NCBI GenBank assembly: GCA_028534125.1
Contig: CM052817.1
Location: forward strand, 53,012,001-53,076,000
Reading direction: 5' to 3'
From: Lama glama
Taxonomy: Eukaryota
DNA: 64,000 bases
This document shows positions 23,425 through 36,689 of this stretch, piece by piece. Within the stretch, counting starts at the first letter, position 1, and the number at the start of each line of letters is the position of its first letter. Position numbers and translations under genes: made by a program. Below the pieces are notes generated by a model. It was not told where the DNA came from, did not search any database, and worked only from the letters and a program-made list of their open reading frames with translations.

Positions 23425-25390
23425 TATTTACTTCCAGTTGAAAGTGGTAGAATGAACCTCTATTCAATATGTTTACCTTTGTTCCTTGCCTAAAGTAATT
23501 TAAAATAAATGGAGAAATAACAAGTATAAACCTAAATGACAAATACTTAAAGAAAGTCTATAAGATTCTTGAATTATAAACATAATATGGAGGAGTTAGC
23601 AAATATAAAAGAACTAAATACCAAGCACCTACAGAGAGGGTTACCAAAGAGAAGTATGCCTGTCCATGTCACAGGACTAGGACAGGTACCGAAAGGGAAA
23701 GCATTGTGTTATGTGAGCAGTTGAGTTGAGACATGACAAAGAAAACAGAAGGATTGGTAAAAATTCTGTAAAAGAAGATTTGTAAAAGAAAGTCCCCAAT
23801 GAGCTCTCTTAGTCTGGTTTGTTGGTGTAAATAAACTGCAAGTGACAGAAGTTTTATTCTGTGTAGAAACTGAAGCAGGGAGTGATCCATTCCCTGAATC
23901 AATAGGCCACAGAAGAGGACAGGGAAAACATACTTCCTAAGAATGTAAGGAATTAATAGTTTCTTAATGAAAAGTAACATGCTCAAGTCTTTATGTTCTC
24001 TGAGGAAGAAGAACCAAAATTTGTTGGTCAGTTCTTGTTACAGGTAACATACTCATGTTCATAGAATTTCAATGATTGATTTTAGTGCTTTGCAAAAAAA
24101 ATTTTTTTTAAAGACTAGAAAGAAATGATGGATATTTAATGAAAGCATTCTTCCCCACATAATTTTGGAGCCCAAACCTAAAACAAAATAAAGAAAATGA
24201 ATTCACAAAAATTTAAGAAAATAGGAATTTGAAATTTTAATAGTATCCATAATATTCTCATATATATAAAATAAGGTATTGAATCCATTTTAAAAAGATG
24301 TAATTAAAAAGGAACAATCAGAGGGAAGGAGTGCTATATATAAGCCTCAAAAATGCAATAAATAATTTACAAGGGTAAGTTAACGATGCTTCCCAGAACT
24401 AAATTACAAAAAGGTCTAGAACAGTAAAATATTATGTATTCAAAGTGTTCCATCATATAATTAATTGATGTTTCAAAAGGTAAAAATCTATAAAAATTGA
24501 AGTTAAAAAAATTCAAAAAATAATATAAAAATAGTTTCCAGAAATAAAACACATGATTTTTTAAAAATTGGAAACATCTAACATAGAAAATTGAGGTGGG
24601 GAAACACCATACCAAGTCACTTCTTAATATATTTGCAGAACTTAATTGTCAGACAGAAGGTCCAAAATCTAGAGGAAAAATTATAGATAACATATAGAAC
24701 ATACAAAATTTTAAGGTACACATTATGATCAGGCTTCTCAATGTAGACAACAGTGAATCGATATCTTCAAACTTCTATAAAGCCTTATTTCCAAATTGAA
24801 ATTTTATAATCAGAAAACCTATCTCTCAAATATGTGCACTGATATTTTAGACATGTAAGGATGCAAGAAGTGTACCTTTCAGTGGCATTTTATCAAATAT
24901 CCACCAGAGAAGGGCCTTCATCTAAGGAAGAGCTAAACCTAAAAATGAATGAGGCAAACAAAACAGAAGAGAAGTTAATAAAATTCATCATGAGAGTTAT
25001 AGCTCAGGTGTGGATAGCAAGGTGACAGAAGATTCCATATGGAATATGTCTATGAAGTAAACCAAATAGAATCTGAGAAACTTCCTGATGTGTCTAATAT
25101 TGTCAAAACTGTAAGTAGTTATAAAAGTTTTGTCAGAGAATTTAGGAAGTAGTGTGGATAAGTACATAGAAAACAATAAATAAATAAATACAGACATAAA
25201 TACATTACGGAGCAACATAGACAAGAAAATATAATTTTACTGACAATGACAAGGACTGAGGTAATGGCATGTAAATAAGATTTGAAGGCTAAATAGAGAG
25301 GATAGAGAAAAACAACCAAGACATGGTAGTGGAAATAAAATTTAGGGAAATGGTTAAAACCAAGATGATTTGGAGAGGAGTGGCACTGAG
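23425..25390 (+). mobile_element. HAL1-like (ORF1-only L1 relative), decayed
   Basis: A-rich ORF1-like tract including 'atcttcaaacttct...atttccaaattgaattttataatcagaaaacctatc...attttagacatgtaagg' and HAL1-like downstream sequence. Ends approximate. Confidence 0.55.
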
Positions 25391-25519
25391 GATGAGATTT
25401 AATAAATAACATCCCTTTCCCTCAATCAAATTCTGAAACATCTAAGAAATGAGACAAAGAGGTGGCAGATAGAAGCCAACAAATCTCCTTTAACACATAT
25501 CAAGTAAGATCCACACGAA

Positions 25520-25612
25520 TGTTCTTTGGCTATTAAGTTCACCTCTGTATCTTCCATTCCTAGAATACTGCTGGCACATAGTAGATGCTTGAATACTTAT
25601 TGAATGTGTGAA
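25520..25612 (+). mobile_element. L2 3' end
   Basis: 'gttcacctctgtatcttccattcctagaatactgctggcacatagtagatgcttgaatacttattgaatg'. Confidence 0.75.
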
Positions 25613-26789
25613 AAATGATAATACTGATGAATCAAAGGATGAAGAAAAGCTGGGTTTGAAGTTACACCTTTTAAGATTCATAATACTAAGGCCATGATTA
25701 TATAGCCTTTCCATTAAAACAGAGGTCGCAATGAACTGGAGTTAAATTTTACAGTGTGTAGGAGCAAAGGAGAAAATATAATTTCATGTATATAGCCTAA
25801 CCCCCAAAGAAGAAAGAAGCTACTTGGCTACATAAGATGAACTTCTATCAAATGTATCAACAGATAACCCATTACTTCACCCGTGGGGAGTGTGTGTGAG
25901 GAGAAGAGAGACTAGCCAGTAGAGAAATTATTCAATATTTCTGTATAGAAGAAAACATCAGGTTACCACCACACACCCCTGCCTCAGTTGTTAAAAAATA
26001 TACTGTGGCTAAATATGTGGGCTCTTGTGTGGTGGGGAAAGATGGGTGGTACTGGATTGGCTCACTTTACAAAGGACATCAATTCTCATGCCAGAATTTT
26101 ATGCCTTTTTAGGTAGGAAATGGGATAGTTTTCAAAATTTTCTAAAAAATGCAGAATCATGATCATTTTTTATGACATCAATTCTACTTGTGTTAACCTT
26201 TCAATTCCCAAATCTCAAGGCCTCCTATAAATTATTGTTTACGTTTCTTCTAAAGCAATGAAATGTAATGACTTTTCTGTTGCTGTTATTTTTTTCTTCC
26301 ATTCCTTCACCACATCATTTGGAAACCATTCTATATATGAAATATATCCCCATTTTGTTCTTTGTTTTTCCACACTGAGGACTGCACCCTCTGGTTTGCA
26401 AAATATATAAGCAATTTTCAAGTAATCTTCCTAGTGGTAAAAATGAGAGGCAATTAATTGACATAATTGCTCAACTTTTATATATTTTGATTAATTATTC
26501 AGTATGTCTAATGATAGCTTTTGATTTTACATGAGCTATTACCACTATTCAGACTTGGACTTCATTTTATGGCCCCCAAACAGAAAGATTAGAAAAAATG
26601 CAAAAAACAAAACAGCTGTATTTCCCCCCAGAGCAAATGCTATAGTTGACCTAGTAGTCAATAGCCCTGAAAAATGAAAATTGATTTCCCTGTAACAGTT
26701 TGAGTAAACATAAGGTTATAAGTTTGATACAATTGAGCTTATCAGATTTCCGGTTTCCTGAGTCCTACTCCCTAATGAGTTAGTCACAC

Positions 26790-26932
26790 ATGTTATATAT
26801 CTTGTACATGTTAGGTAAAATAAAATATTTTATTAAAATTTATTTAATTCATCTCCTTATACATCTTTCAATGTATCAGAAAATTAAACATTGCATGTGT
26901 GGCATGCATTATGTTTCTATTGGACAATACTA
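26790..26932 (-). mobile_element. MER33/Charlie-type hAT fragment
   Basis: 'aaataaaatattttattaaaattt...catgtgtggcatgcattatgtttctattggacaatact' is the reverse complement of the MER33 terminus. Confidence 0.65.
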
Positions 26933-28369
26933 GCATTATAGACACTAGGATCAGTTATAGAACATTCATAGGGAAATAAAACAAACTATACAAGCAATTG
27001 ATTATAGTAATTATTTTGGGGTGATTGTGGGTGACTTTTAAAATTTTATTCTATAAAACCTTCTGTTTACTGAATAGTCTACAATTAACAGGTCCTACTG
27101 CTAAAAATGAAAAAAATGCATTCGCTGTTTTACATGATATAGATAACTAGGTTTTATGTTTTGCGAATTGACAGGAGAATAATCCTTAGGATTACATTTC
27201 TGATTCAATGGTGAGAGGAAATTCAGTTGAGTAAGTACATTTTATTAAGAACCTCAGAAGTTTTTCCCAGGCCTTATGCACTAACTAATGATTTTCTAAC
27301 TCTACGTGCTGATGATTCCTAAAGGTTTAATTCTTTTTTAGCTTATGCCAAATTACTGTGATATTTGATTCTAAAAATTGAGCATGTTTTAAAATTGTAA
27401 AAAAATAATTATCTGACATTATGAAAATAAAGATACACATTGTGAATTTTTATTTTTTTTACTTTGAGATTTGCTTCTCTATCTAAGCTTGTATATTTTC
27501 TAACTTTCTTATCCTTCCCTTGCTCCTAGAGTTATAATGGTGTGGTTAAAATGCTGCTGGTGTGGTAATTTGTATGCAAGATACCACTTCAGAGTAGTAT
27601 GAATTTTAAATGCAAAACAAAGCCTTCATCCCATAATGACTGAAATATAACAGTCTGAGAATAAAGAAAAATTAAGCTAATTAAATCAATTTGCAAGACT
27701 CAATTAAAAATAATACCTTTGAGAAAGAGAAGTGAAACATGTGCATCGAACTAGATCCTACCTTTGTGAAAATAGACAAATGAAGTTTTGAGTAATAAGT
27801 ACATCGGTTATTTGAAAGTTTTATATTGCCTATATTAATTACTCTTTAAAATGCACTGAAAATTAAGTGGGAAACAACATCAAAGCTAGAAGCAAGGGGA
27901 GATTCATTAAAATAACTGATTATTAATGAGTTTACTATTGTGTTTTATGTTGAAGAAAGATAATTAGAATGTTTTACTATAGATCTAACTGGAACTTGAG
28001 ACTTTTTTTCACTTATTTTAAACAAATTTTGATAATATTTTAAAGTTACATAAATATATTAATTATACTCAATCATATAAATATTAATTATAATATATGT
28101 TAATATATTACATATAAATTAATTCTCTCTTCAATTATAGAGAGCTGTGGTCATTATCAGTACTACTGTGTAAATGTATAAAGGAGTAGGTTGTAAATTT
28201 CTAGAAATTTTATCATCATAATCTTTCATGGGTCTCTTTGGGTAGTGGGAGTGATAGTCATTGAAGCATTCTGAAGAATAAACAAATTTTACAGATGTTT
28301 TAAAAGAAATAAAATTTACAAGATTAGTAAACCTACTTTTGGTATGTATAAGAACTCGAATTTTTTACC

Positions 28370-30813
28370 TGTAATAAACAGACTTCCAGGGTGGCCCTTT
28401 CATAGTTCTGCCTCCTGGTGTTCATACCCTTCACTTGAGTGTGAGTGGGACCTATGACTTGCTTCTAACTAATAGACTAACTAATAAAACATAATAGATG
28501 ATGGGAGGTAGAATGTCACTTTTGTAATTTTGTTACATTATATAAGATCTATATTCTTAGCCGACTATAGATAAACTCCCTATTTGCCTCCAGCTGGCAC
28601 TTAGCAAGAAGCTGGCATCTCAGTCCCAAAGACATAAGAAAATGAGTTCTGCCAACAACCGGAGTGTTCTTGCAAGTGGACTCTTCCAGATTTGAGATTC
28701 TAGATGAGAATACATCCCAGCTGAAACCTTGTCTGTAGCCTCATGAGGGGGTCCCTGGAAGACCCCAATAAGTAGAGCTCAGATTTCTAACACATAGAAA
28801 CTATGAGATGATAAACGTTCATTGTTTAAAGCCACTAGGTTTGTGTTAATTTGTTAAGAAGCAATAGATAACTAATACAGATTCTGATCCCTCAAAGTGG
28901 GGTGCTGCTGACATAAATACTTAATGTAGGGATAGCTTTGGAAGTAGGCAGTGAGTAGAGGCTGGAGAAATTCTGCGGATCATGATAGAGAAATTCTGAA
29001 TTATTTTGAATAGTCTATTAGCATAAATCTCTACTAACAGTGAGAGCTCAAAAGCATTGAATGACATGTTATTGGAAACCAGAGGAAGAAGGATTCTTGC
29101 TATGTAGTAGCAGAAAGTTTAGCAAAATTATCCCATGAGTTGTATGGAAAGCAGAATGGCTCCAGTTGGATATACAGCTAAGGAGATTTCCAATGGAAGT
29201 ACTGAATGCCTACTGATTTCTTCTAACTTGTTAATTGTAAAATGATAGAGGAGAGAGACAGATTGTGGAAAGAACTGTTAAATAGGAAATAGGAGCTGAT
29301 GATTTTGAAAATTCTCAACATTCCTAGGTAGCAAGGATGCTAAAACTGGGAAACAGCTTTCAAGCAATGTTTAAAAAGTATGATCTAGAGAAAAAGCCAA
29401 GGATTGAATCTACAAACTTTTGCTAAAACTTCCGAAAGATTAAAAAGGTTAGAGTATTCAGCCATGCAAAGTGTCCTTTGAAAAGAATGAGGACTCAATC
29501 TTGTGTCATACACGTTTTCTAAACAAACCATAGAGGCTTTAGGAAGCTTAATGGGGTTGTCCCTGAGCCATCTCAGCAGAATCTCCTGCAGTGAAGGGTT
29601 TATTTTGAAAAGATCTGTATCTATGGTTGGTAGATTGAACCCCAGTGAAATTCACTAAGGGCTTACAAAGTTTTTTGAGAAATTTGTTTCTTCAACTACA
29701 CTGCCAACTTGGACTCAAAAGAAAGAAGACTACCAGAGACTCAGAAGTCTATAGGCAGAAAGGAGGCTGATAAAATAAGTGCTGTGTCTCATGAGAAAGA
29801 AAAGGTGACTTGGAGAATTAAAACCAAGAACCCAGAGAGAGAGATGAGAGGTGTAGACAGTTCTTCCCAGGCATTGAAACCTATTGAAGGAAGCAGTCAA
29901 CATTTGACCAGCTTCATTTCAAAACTGCTATAGACCACTGACTCCTTACTAACTCCCACTCATAGATGGGAATGTTTATAGCTATTATCTTCTGCCTGTC
30001 CCACCACTGTATGCTGCATGTATGGGGAAGGAGGGGATAGTCTCTTCAGTTTTACAGATCAGTGTAATTTTATAGGAACTACACCTGCGGGACCTCATCC
30101 CACTATAGACCTAATTTTGATCCTATCCTTTGAGCAGAGGCTATCATCAATTTACTATGAGACTTTTGGGACTTTGGGATGAGATGGTGAATGTCCTTTT
30201 CATTTGGAAGGGACGAGAATCACTGGGAGCTTGAGGGTGGACTGTCACAGACAGACTCCAGGGGGGCCCTCATTAATTCCTGCAGGCTGGTGTTTAAACC
30301 TTTTTATAACAACCTCCCTCCAAGTACTTGGATGTGATTATATCCTGTGATTTGCTTCTAATGAATAAAATATGGCAAAGTCGATGAAATAGCACTTCTC
30401 TGATTACGTTGCCTTATATAAGAATCTGTATTCCTAACTGATTGGCTCTAGAGATTCTCTACCTAGCTGCCCTGGAAGAAGTAAACAGCCATGCTGTATG
30501 ACCCACCTGACAAAAATTTAAGGGAAGCTTTCTGCCAGCAGCCAATAAGAAACTGAGGCCCTAAGTACTTGAGATGCAAGGAAATGAATTCTACCAACAC
30601 TTTAATTGAACCTGGATGTGGACTTTCTTTTTTATTTCCACAAAAGAATGAATTCTAGCAAATACCTTGATTACAGCCATGTGAGATTCTTAGCAAAATA
30701 CCTAGATTAATCTTGTTACTCCTGACCCATAAAAACTGTGAGATAATAACGGTGTGTTATTTTAAGCCACCCAATTTGGGCAATTTTTTACACAGTGATA
30801 GGTAACTAACACA
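28370..30813 (+). mobile_element. Complete MaLR element: MLT1E-type 5' LTR (28370-28879), MLT1-int (28880-30242), 3' LTR (30243-30813)
   Basis: Two homologous LTRs, both TG...(A/C)ACA. The internal region starts 'gattctgatccctcaaagtggggtgctgctg' and ends in PPT-like 'gagggtggac'. Flanks TTACC / GGACC are compatible with a decayed 5-bp TSD. Confidence 0.85.
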
Positions 30814-31535
30814 GGACCAAAAACAAAAAAAAAAAAAGATTTTAATGAAAATTAAGTTCTACTATTTAGTAATCTCCAAGTTTCTTAGTAAAGAAAATTA
30901 GGATATTAACAACATACATCTCATAAGTTTTTGTTTTGAGGGGTAAGGCATTTTAAGTGCTTAGCATAACTTGTGTAGCTTTTATTTTGTTTTGTTTTTT
31001 TTTAAGTAGTCCTAAGGTTACTAGTAATAATAGTAGACTTACTGCTAAGCTCTGCAAATATTTAACTGCTAAGTGCTAAATGGGTTCAAGGCTGAGTCTT
31101 CTGATACAGAATTATTTCAATTTAAAAAATGGACTTTCTGTTCAATTTTTATTTGAAGCATAAACATTCTAAATGAAGGCCAATCACCTGTGAGAAAAAT
31201 GCCAATTTCTCCACTGTATAAAAAAAGGACACATAAAATAGAATAGTGTATGCTTAATTAGCAAAAGCTAAGCAAGAGCTTAAGCTCCTCTGCTACAAAA
31301 CCTAGGATATAGTAGACCAAAGAATAATTGAAAAGGTCTTTGATTGTTCAGCTCCAGATTTTCTAATACTCAAAAGTTCATAAACAAGATTGAAGTTTTC
31401 AGCATACTCTCTAAAGAAAATTATGGATTAGTTATAGAGTGACAGAAAAAATGTTGAGAGGAGGTTACTGAATTAGAGACAGATTTCTCTTTCCATTAAT
31501 GTGTATAGTACAGGTGCTGTGTGAATGCTAATGAC

Positions 31536-32150
31536 TGTGGCAATACTTGACTATTTAGATCTAAAAAGTTATTGCAGACTATTGGGTGAAGGCATAAAAA
31601 CCAAAAGAAGTGGTTTAAAAATACCTGTGGGGTAGACAAATGCAGAATGGCTCACGCTTACGTGCCTTACCCTATATAAGAGACTGGAATGCTAAAGACT
31701 GGGCTTTTCAGACTTTCGGAGAGTTCATATCTCACATAGAACGTAGCTTCTGCCAAGCGGTGTGTGTGGACTAGATTTTGAAGACAGGTATTGCTATTTT
31801 GAGTCAAGCTTCTGCAGCTGTTTCGTAAGAATGACGGAAGCTGAGCTGTAGCTGAGCTCTCGGAATGTTGTAGCTCGCTTTGTGGATATCACAGTTGGGT
31901 CAATCAGTTTGGTTGTGGGGACTGCAGAAAAAAGTAGCGTGGTCTTTGAGCTGGGACTCTTGGCATGGCTTCCTGATTACTCAGCTTTGAAATCTTGGAT
32001 TTCACAGCTGTTCCCGTGAAAGACTGTTTGCTCTGTTGTTCTGAGAAAAATAGCCTGCTCATGCAGCTCTTCCAAAAAATGTAAGCCTCTGAATTAAGTA
32101 ACTTTCTGCTTAAATTAGAATGGATTCTTGTTACTAGAAACTAATAGAAA
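31536..32150 (+). mobile_element. Old ERVL LTR (LTR33/LTR41 group)
   Basis: 'ctggaatgctaaagact...cagact...ttctgccaag...agattttgaagacagg' and 3' 'ctttctgcttaaattagaatggattcttgttactagaaact' resemble LTR33-group consensus. Confidence 0.5.
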
Positions 32151-34671
32151 ACATAATTTCACTATTCAAAAATAATTAAAAATAATATTTAAAATTTGTT
32201 TCTACTTTTCCATTACTAAAGTATTTATGTGTTGATATATGTAAGCATGTATCTGAAAGTCATAGAGGTCATGTGCTTGATTTATTTAAGTAACAAAATT
32301 ATGTCACTACAGTATTCTAAATCATAACATCTTTGATAGTATTGAAAAAATGTCTTTTATTGATGATGTAGTTCTAGTCAAATACATTTTACTTTGTTTT
32401 GGTTGATATTCTTAAATAATTTGTTCAAATAGTCAACCTAAATATAATAAATGGCCAATATTGTCACCTTCTGTATTTTTCCCATACTTGACTTCAAACA
32501 AATGATTGCTTTAGTATTTAAACTTAAAAACATTTTTAGGAGAAAATAGAATTATTCTGAGTGGTAAAAGTCCATAGAATTATATTCATACCTTAAAAAT
32601 CATTAGTGAAAAGATTAATAAAGTTGACCATACATAAAGAATTGCATGGAAGAATGTATTGTAGGCAAACAAATAACAAAACATATCAAATGTTGGGGAG
32701 ATACACTTTCGGGATATGGTACTGACCCTCCTGTTAGCAATGCTAGTGCATTCTCTATTCACATGGGGTCTCAAGTCAATTTCTATATTTAAGCTTCACT
32801 TAGCTTTCCTCATTAGATGCTCAGCAACTGGAGTCATGCTCATCCTGACCTCGGATATGATTATCAAGCAATATTTAGTACACTTAAATCTAATGAACCT
32901 CATTTGTGTTAGCAGGCTGTTAGAGCTTTCTGGCTTTGGGTTTCTTTTGCTTCTCCACCTCTTAAAAGCAACACCACCTAATCCTGGCTCTGAGAGATAG
33001 TAGAGGTTCATGTGTGAATACAAAACTTAAATCTGTGGCTATCCAAATGAGATTAGGGAAAATCCCAATTTTCAGTTGTGTCCCATTTGTCTTTCATTTT
33101 GTTACCAGGCAAACATATTAGAATCAGAAAAATGATTTAAAGTGTCCCCTACTGATACTGGGCCAGAATTGATGCATTTGTTCTTACACAAATATGGACT
33201 TTTTTTATTTAAATGAACAAATTTTATTTAAATATACAGCATTTAATTTTATTTACAGAAACACAGTATTTAAGTTAGATATTTTAATGTTAAAATAGTA
33301 AATACATTTAGACAGATTTCTTTTGACTGGCAAAGTAATTAATTAGTGTAGGAAATGGTAGACAAAGATAGAGAAATAAGGTGAAATCCAAGTTACTAGA
33401 GAAAATATACAGATATAGGTATTAATTCAAATTATTTTAAAATGAGTCATTTAAATTCTTAAAGACTCCACCCACATCAGATTACCCTATGAAGATAAAT
33501 ACTGGAGACCAAACTGAAGCTTATTATATTGCAAAATGATCAAGTTCTACTTCATCAGTTTTATTAATCACTTTGTGTATGTTTGTCCATAAAAATTCAT
33601 AACAAAGCATTACTTAGTTTCACAATAAACAATTTTTTCTTCATTATAAATTTAGTAACAATTTTTCCTTCATTATAAAGTCAAAGACAAGAGTATTAAC
33701 TTCATTTTTAAAAAGAAAATTTTGTGGGACTAAAATAAGTAGGAAAAAATTGGATAATGGCTATGTTATTCTTTGGAATGTATTTCTAATTTATGAGAAC
33801 TTTGAATGTGTCATTTAAATTGCTATGCCACAATTAAGTCAATTTAATTCATAATAGTGATAACTCTGCTTTGTCTGAATATTAATTCCTTGATCTCCTT
33901 TTCAACCAAAGGACAAAATGTATTTCTTGTTCAACTGTTCACTTTAAAACAATTTTCAGTTTTAAAAATAGTTTTTACCCTTTTTTCTTTAATGACCTTT
34001 AAACATAAGTGATGGAAATCTTCATTAACATTATTACAATCTTTAATAACATTATAGTAGCTTATATTTGTGTATATGTGTTTGTGTATGAATCTATCTA
34101 TCTTGGATATATAAAGAACTTTTTTTAGCAAAAATACTGATTTCTCTTCTGTGGATTAAGTTTTTGCATTTGAAAAATATAAAATTTATGTGAAATATGT
34201 AAATTATGATCATATTCCATACATCTTAATCATATTTGGGAAATGTTTTTTAATTCCCAATACTGAACAGCAATTAAAGAAATCTATCAAATGTACTTGA
34301 ATTTCACTTATAGACTGAATTTACTTTCTGTTAAATTAACATCGAATACAATATTATATAACAACTTAACAAAGGAAAATATGATTAATCATTTTTAAAC
34401 TATGAAATAATCATCTGAAGTCAAGACTTAGTGTTCACTTTACCAATTAAGCCTCTAATAATTGGTTTAATATTGAATATCCCTATAATTTATTAATTGG
34501 CTAGAGGAGATAGTGTCTTTGAACATAAAATTTATCATTTTAAAGGGGGAGTAGAGCAGTTTTATCTCCTAAAGTTTTATTTATTAATTACATATAGCAT
34601 TAAAAACTTATGTTGCATATGGGCACTAACTATATTCAAATGCAGAACTGAAAGGAAAAACACCAGACATA

Positions 34672-34745
34672 TTACACTGAACCACATGAAGTTTCTAAGA
34701 TTACCAGTTTAACCTATAAGAATGGTAACCGTATAATTTAAGTTT
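34672..34745. mobile_element. MADE2-like mariner MITE, degenerate
   Basis: 'ttacactgaaccacatgaagtt...tttaacctataagaatggtaaccgtataatttaa' follows the ~80-bp MADE2 palindrome. Confidence 0.55.
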
Positions 34746-35087
34746 TCTATAATAATCAAAATATGAAGTAGAAATACTGAATTTCAAGTACTGGTAAGAG
34801 TTCGTTTAAAAGTTTTTTTTCCTTTTCTTCCAAAATAAACTTAAAGGAGAAGGATGTTCAGTATCAAAAGTCTTTAATTTAATGTGTCTCATGTGGATGA
34901 GTAGATAAAGTAGATAATCAGAATGAATTCTGAGAACCATATATAACCTCTCTTTCAGACTTTATCCTAACAGTATCTCCCATCAGACGTCATGTCCTGT
35001 TCAGCCAATTGTTTCTTATATTTTTTAGGTCTACAGGCCAATAATGTTATAATATTTATAGTATAAAATAAAATAAAATGACCAGAG

Positions 35088-35222
35088 CCAGGGAAGGTAT
35101 AGCTCGGTGGTAGATTATGTGCTTAGCATGCACAAGGTCCTGGGTTCAATTCCCAGTACCTCCATTAAAAATAAATAAATAAATAAACCTAATTACCTCC
35201 ACCCCCCAAAATTTAAATAAAT
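35088..35222 (+). mobile_element. Vic-1-type tRNA-Ala-derived SINE (camelid)
   Basis: 'gggaaggtatagctcggtggtag...gtgcttagcatgcacaaggtcctgggttcaattcccagtacctcca' (A and B boxes) followed by (TAAA)n and 'cctaattacctcc'. Flanks aaaataaaatgaccagag / aaaatatagtggccaaag (14/18) may be a decayed TSD. Confidence 0.88.
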
Positions 35223-36689
35223 AAATATAGTGGCCAAAGAGTTGTCTCTGGCATTTAAAAAATCTCTGTGATAAAATTGTATTTGTAGTTTTGATTTTCT
35301 TACTTACCAAATAATTTGCCCAAAGTTATGTCATCAAATAATAATAATAGTTCCCATTTAAAACCCACATTGATGCTGTCCTTTTCAGTTTTATTCAGGA
35401 TAATATTGAGTTAGGCATATGTTAGACTTAGGTTTACTCTCTAATTACTTGTATGGTTTTCATCCTATTTTACATAATTATTTTGGTTTAGTAATAACTG
35501 CCTTCTGAAATTTTGACATGTTGGAAATTACCATCTATTTAGAACAGACGATGAAAATTAAGTTGGTAATTATTCATTGGCTGACATATTCCATAGAGAC
35601 AAAATTTTCCCGCTTCTAATGTGGAAAATAGCATTACAAACAAGTTCACTCAAATACATATGTTTTGTTGGAATTACTCAAATGATAAGTTGAGGTCCTT
35701 GTCAATCTCTAAGTAAGAATATTGAAGTTAAGGAACTTTATACTTTATGGGAAAGTAAGATGGAAAGAGCAATGTCAAAATGTTTCTGGACTCATTCAAA
35801 TAAAATTATAAAGCATCTTGTATGAAAAGAATCTAAATGATAGATTATATATCTTCAATTTGTCACAGTGCCTTTGATTGTACTTCACACTTGATCCTGA
35901 GCTTTACTATCTATATGATGGATATTTTGGAGATGTCAGTGGTATTAGGGAAATAAGCAAAGGACAATATCTAACTCAAATCTCCCCTTCCTCTAACAAA
36001 CTATTTCATAAATTTCCTTTTATCTTTATTTTGCTTGTGACATTATTACAACTACAATAATTCAGGTTGCTTTAAGATAATGCAAACCAAACAAACACTA
36101 TACTAGGCTTAATCAAGCTTATAAGACTGTAACAATTTAAAACTTGCTCAAATGTGTGTTTTTACAATTTTTAGTTGATTTGCTCAAAATCATAGTTCCA
36201 AGTGTTGACTTTACTAATTTATTTCAGTGGAAGCCTTAGGTCTCCTATGATATGCTTTATGAAGTTTCAGTTTACACTTTTCTTGGCTCAATAATACATT
36301 AGATGATAGTTTTACAATCTCTTTCAGTTAAAAAGTCTGTTTCTAGTTTTCTTGAGAGGTTGTGTCAGTTTTGTGACTTTCTGCATTCTGTTATTATTAT
36401 GTAATGGTTATTTTCAAACTTTGGGTAAACAATTCTTGCTTTTTGCTAAAATATGACTGAATGGTAAGAATTATAACACAAAAGTCGAAGATACTAGGGT
36501 GTTAAGAAACTTAAAATGTATTTCATAGAAAACAAAAGTTAGAAGAATTATGGGGGTAAATACCTGGTTCAGAGTCACTAGAAAGAAGAGATAATTACTT
36601 AGATTTATCCTAAAATTATATTATTCCATATAAAAAATCTTTGGTTCAAGATTGGGTTTTTCTAAAGCTTATTTTGGAAGAAAGAATGC

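Noticed and set aside
35091..35164. tRNA-Ala gene
   Set aside because: Stem mismatches, a SINE-type tail and probable TSD indicate a SINE copy.
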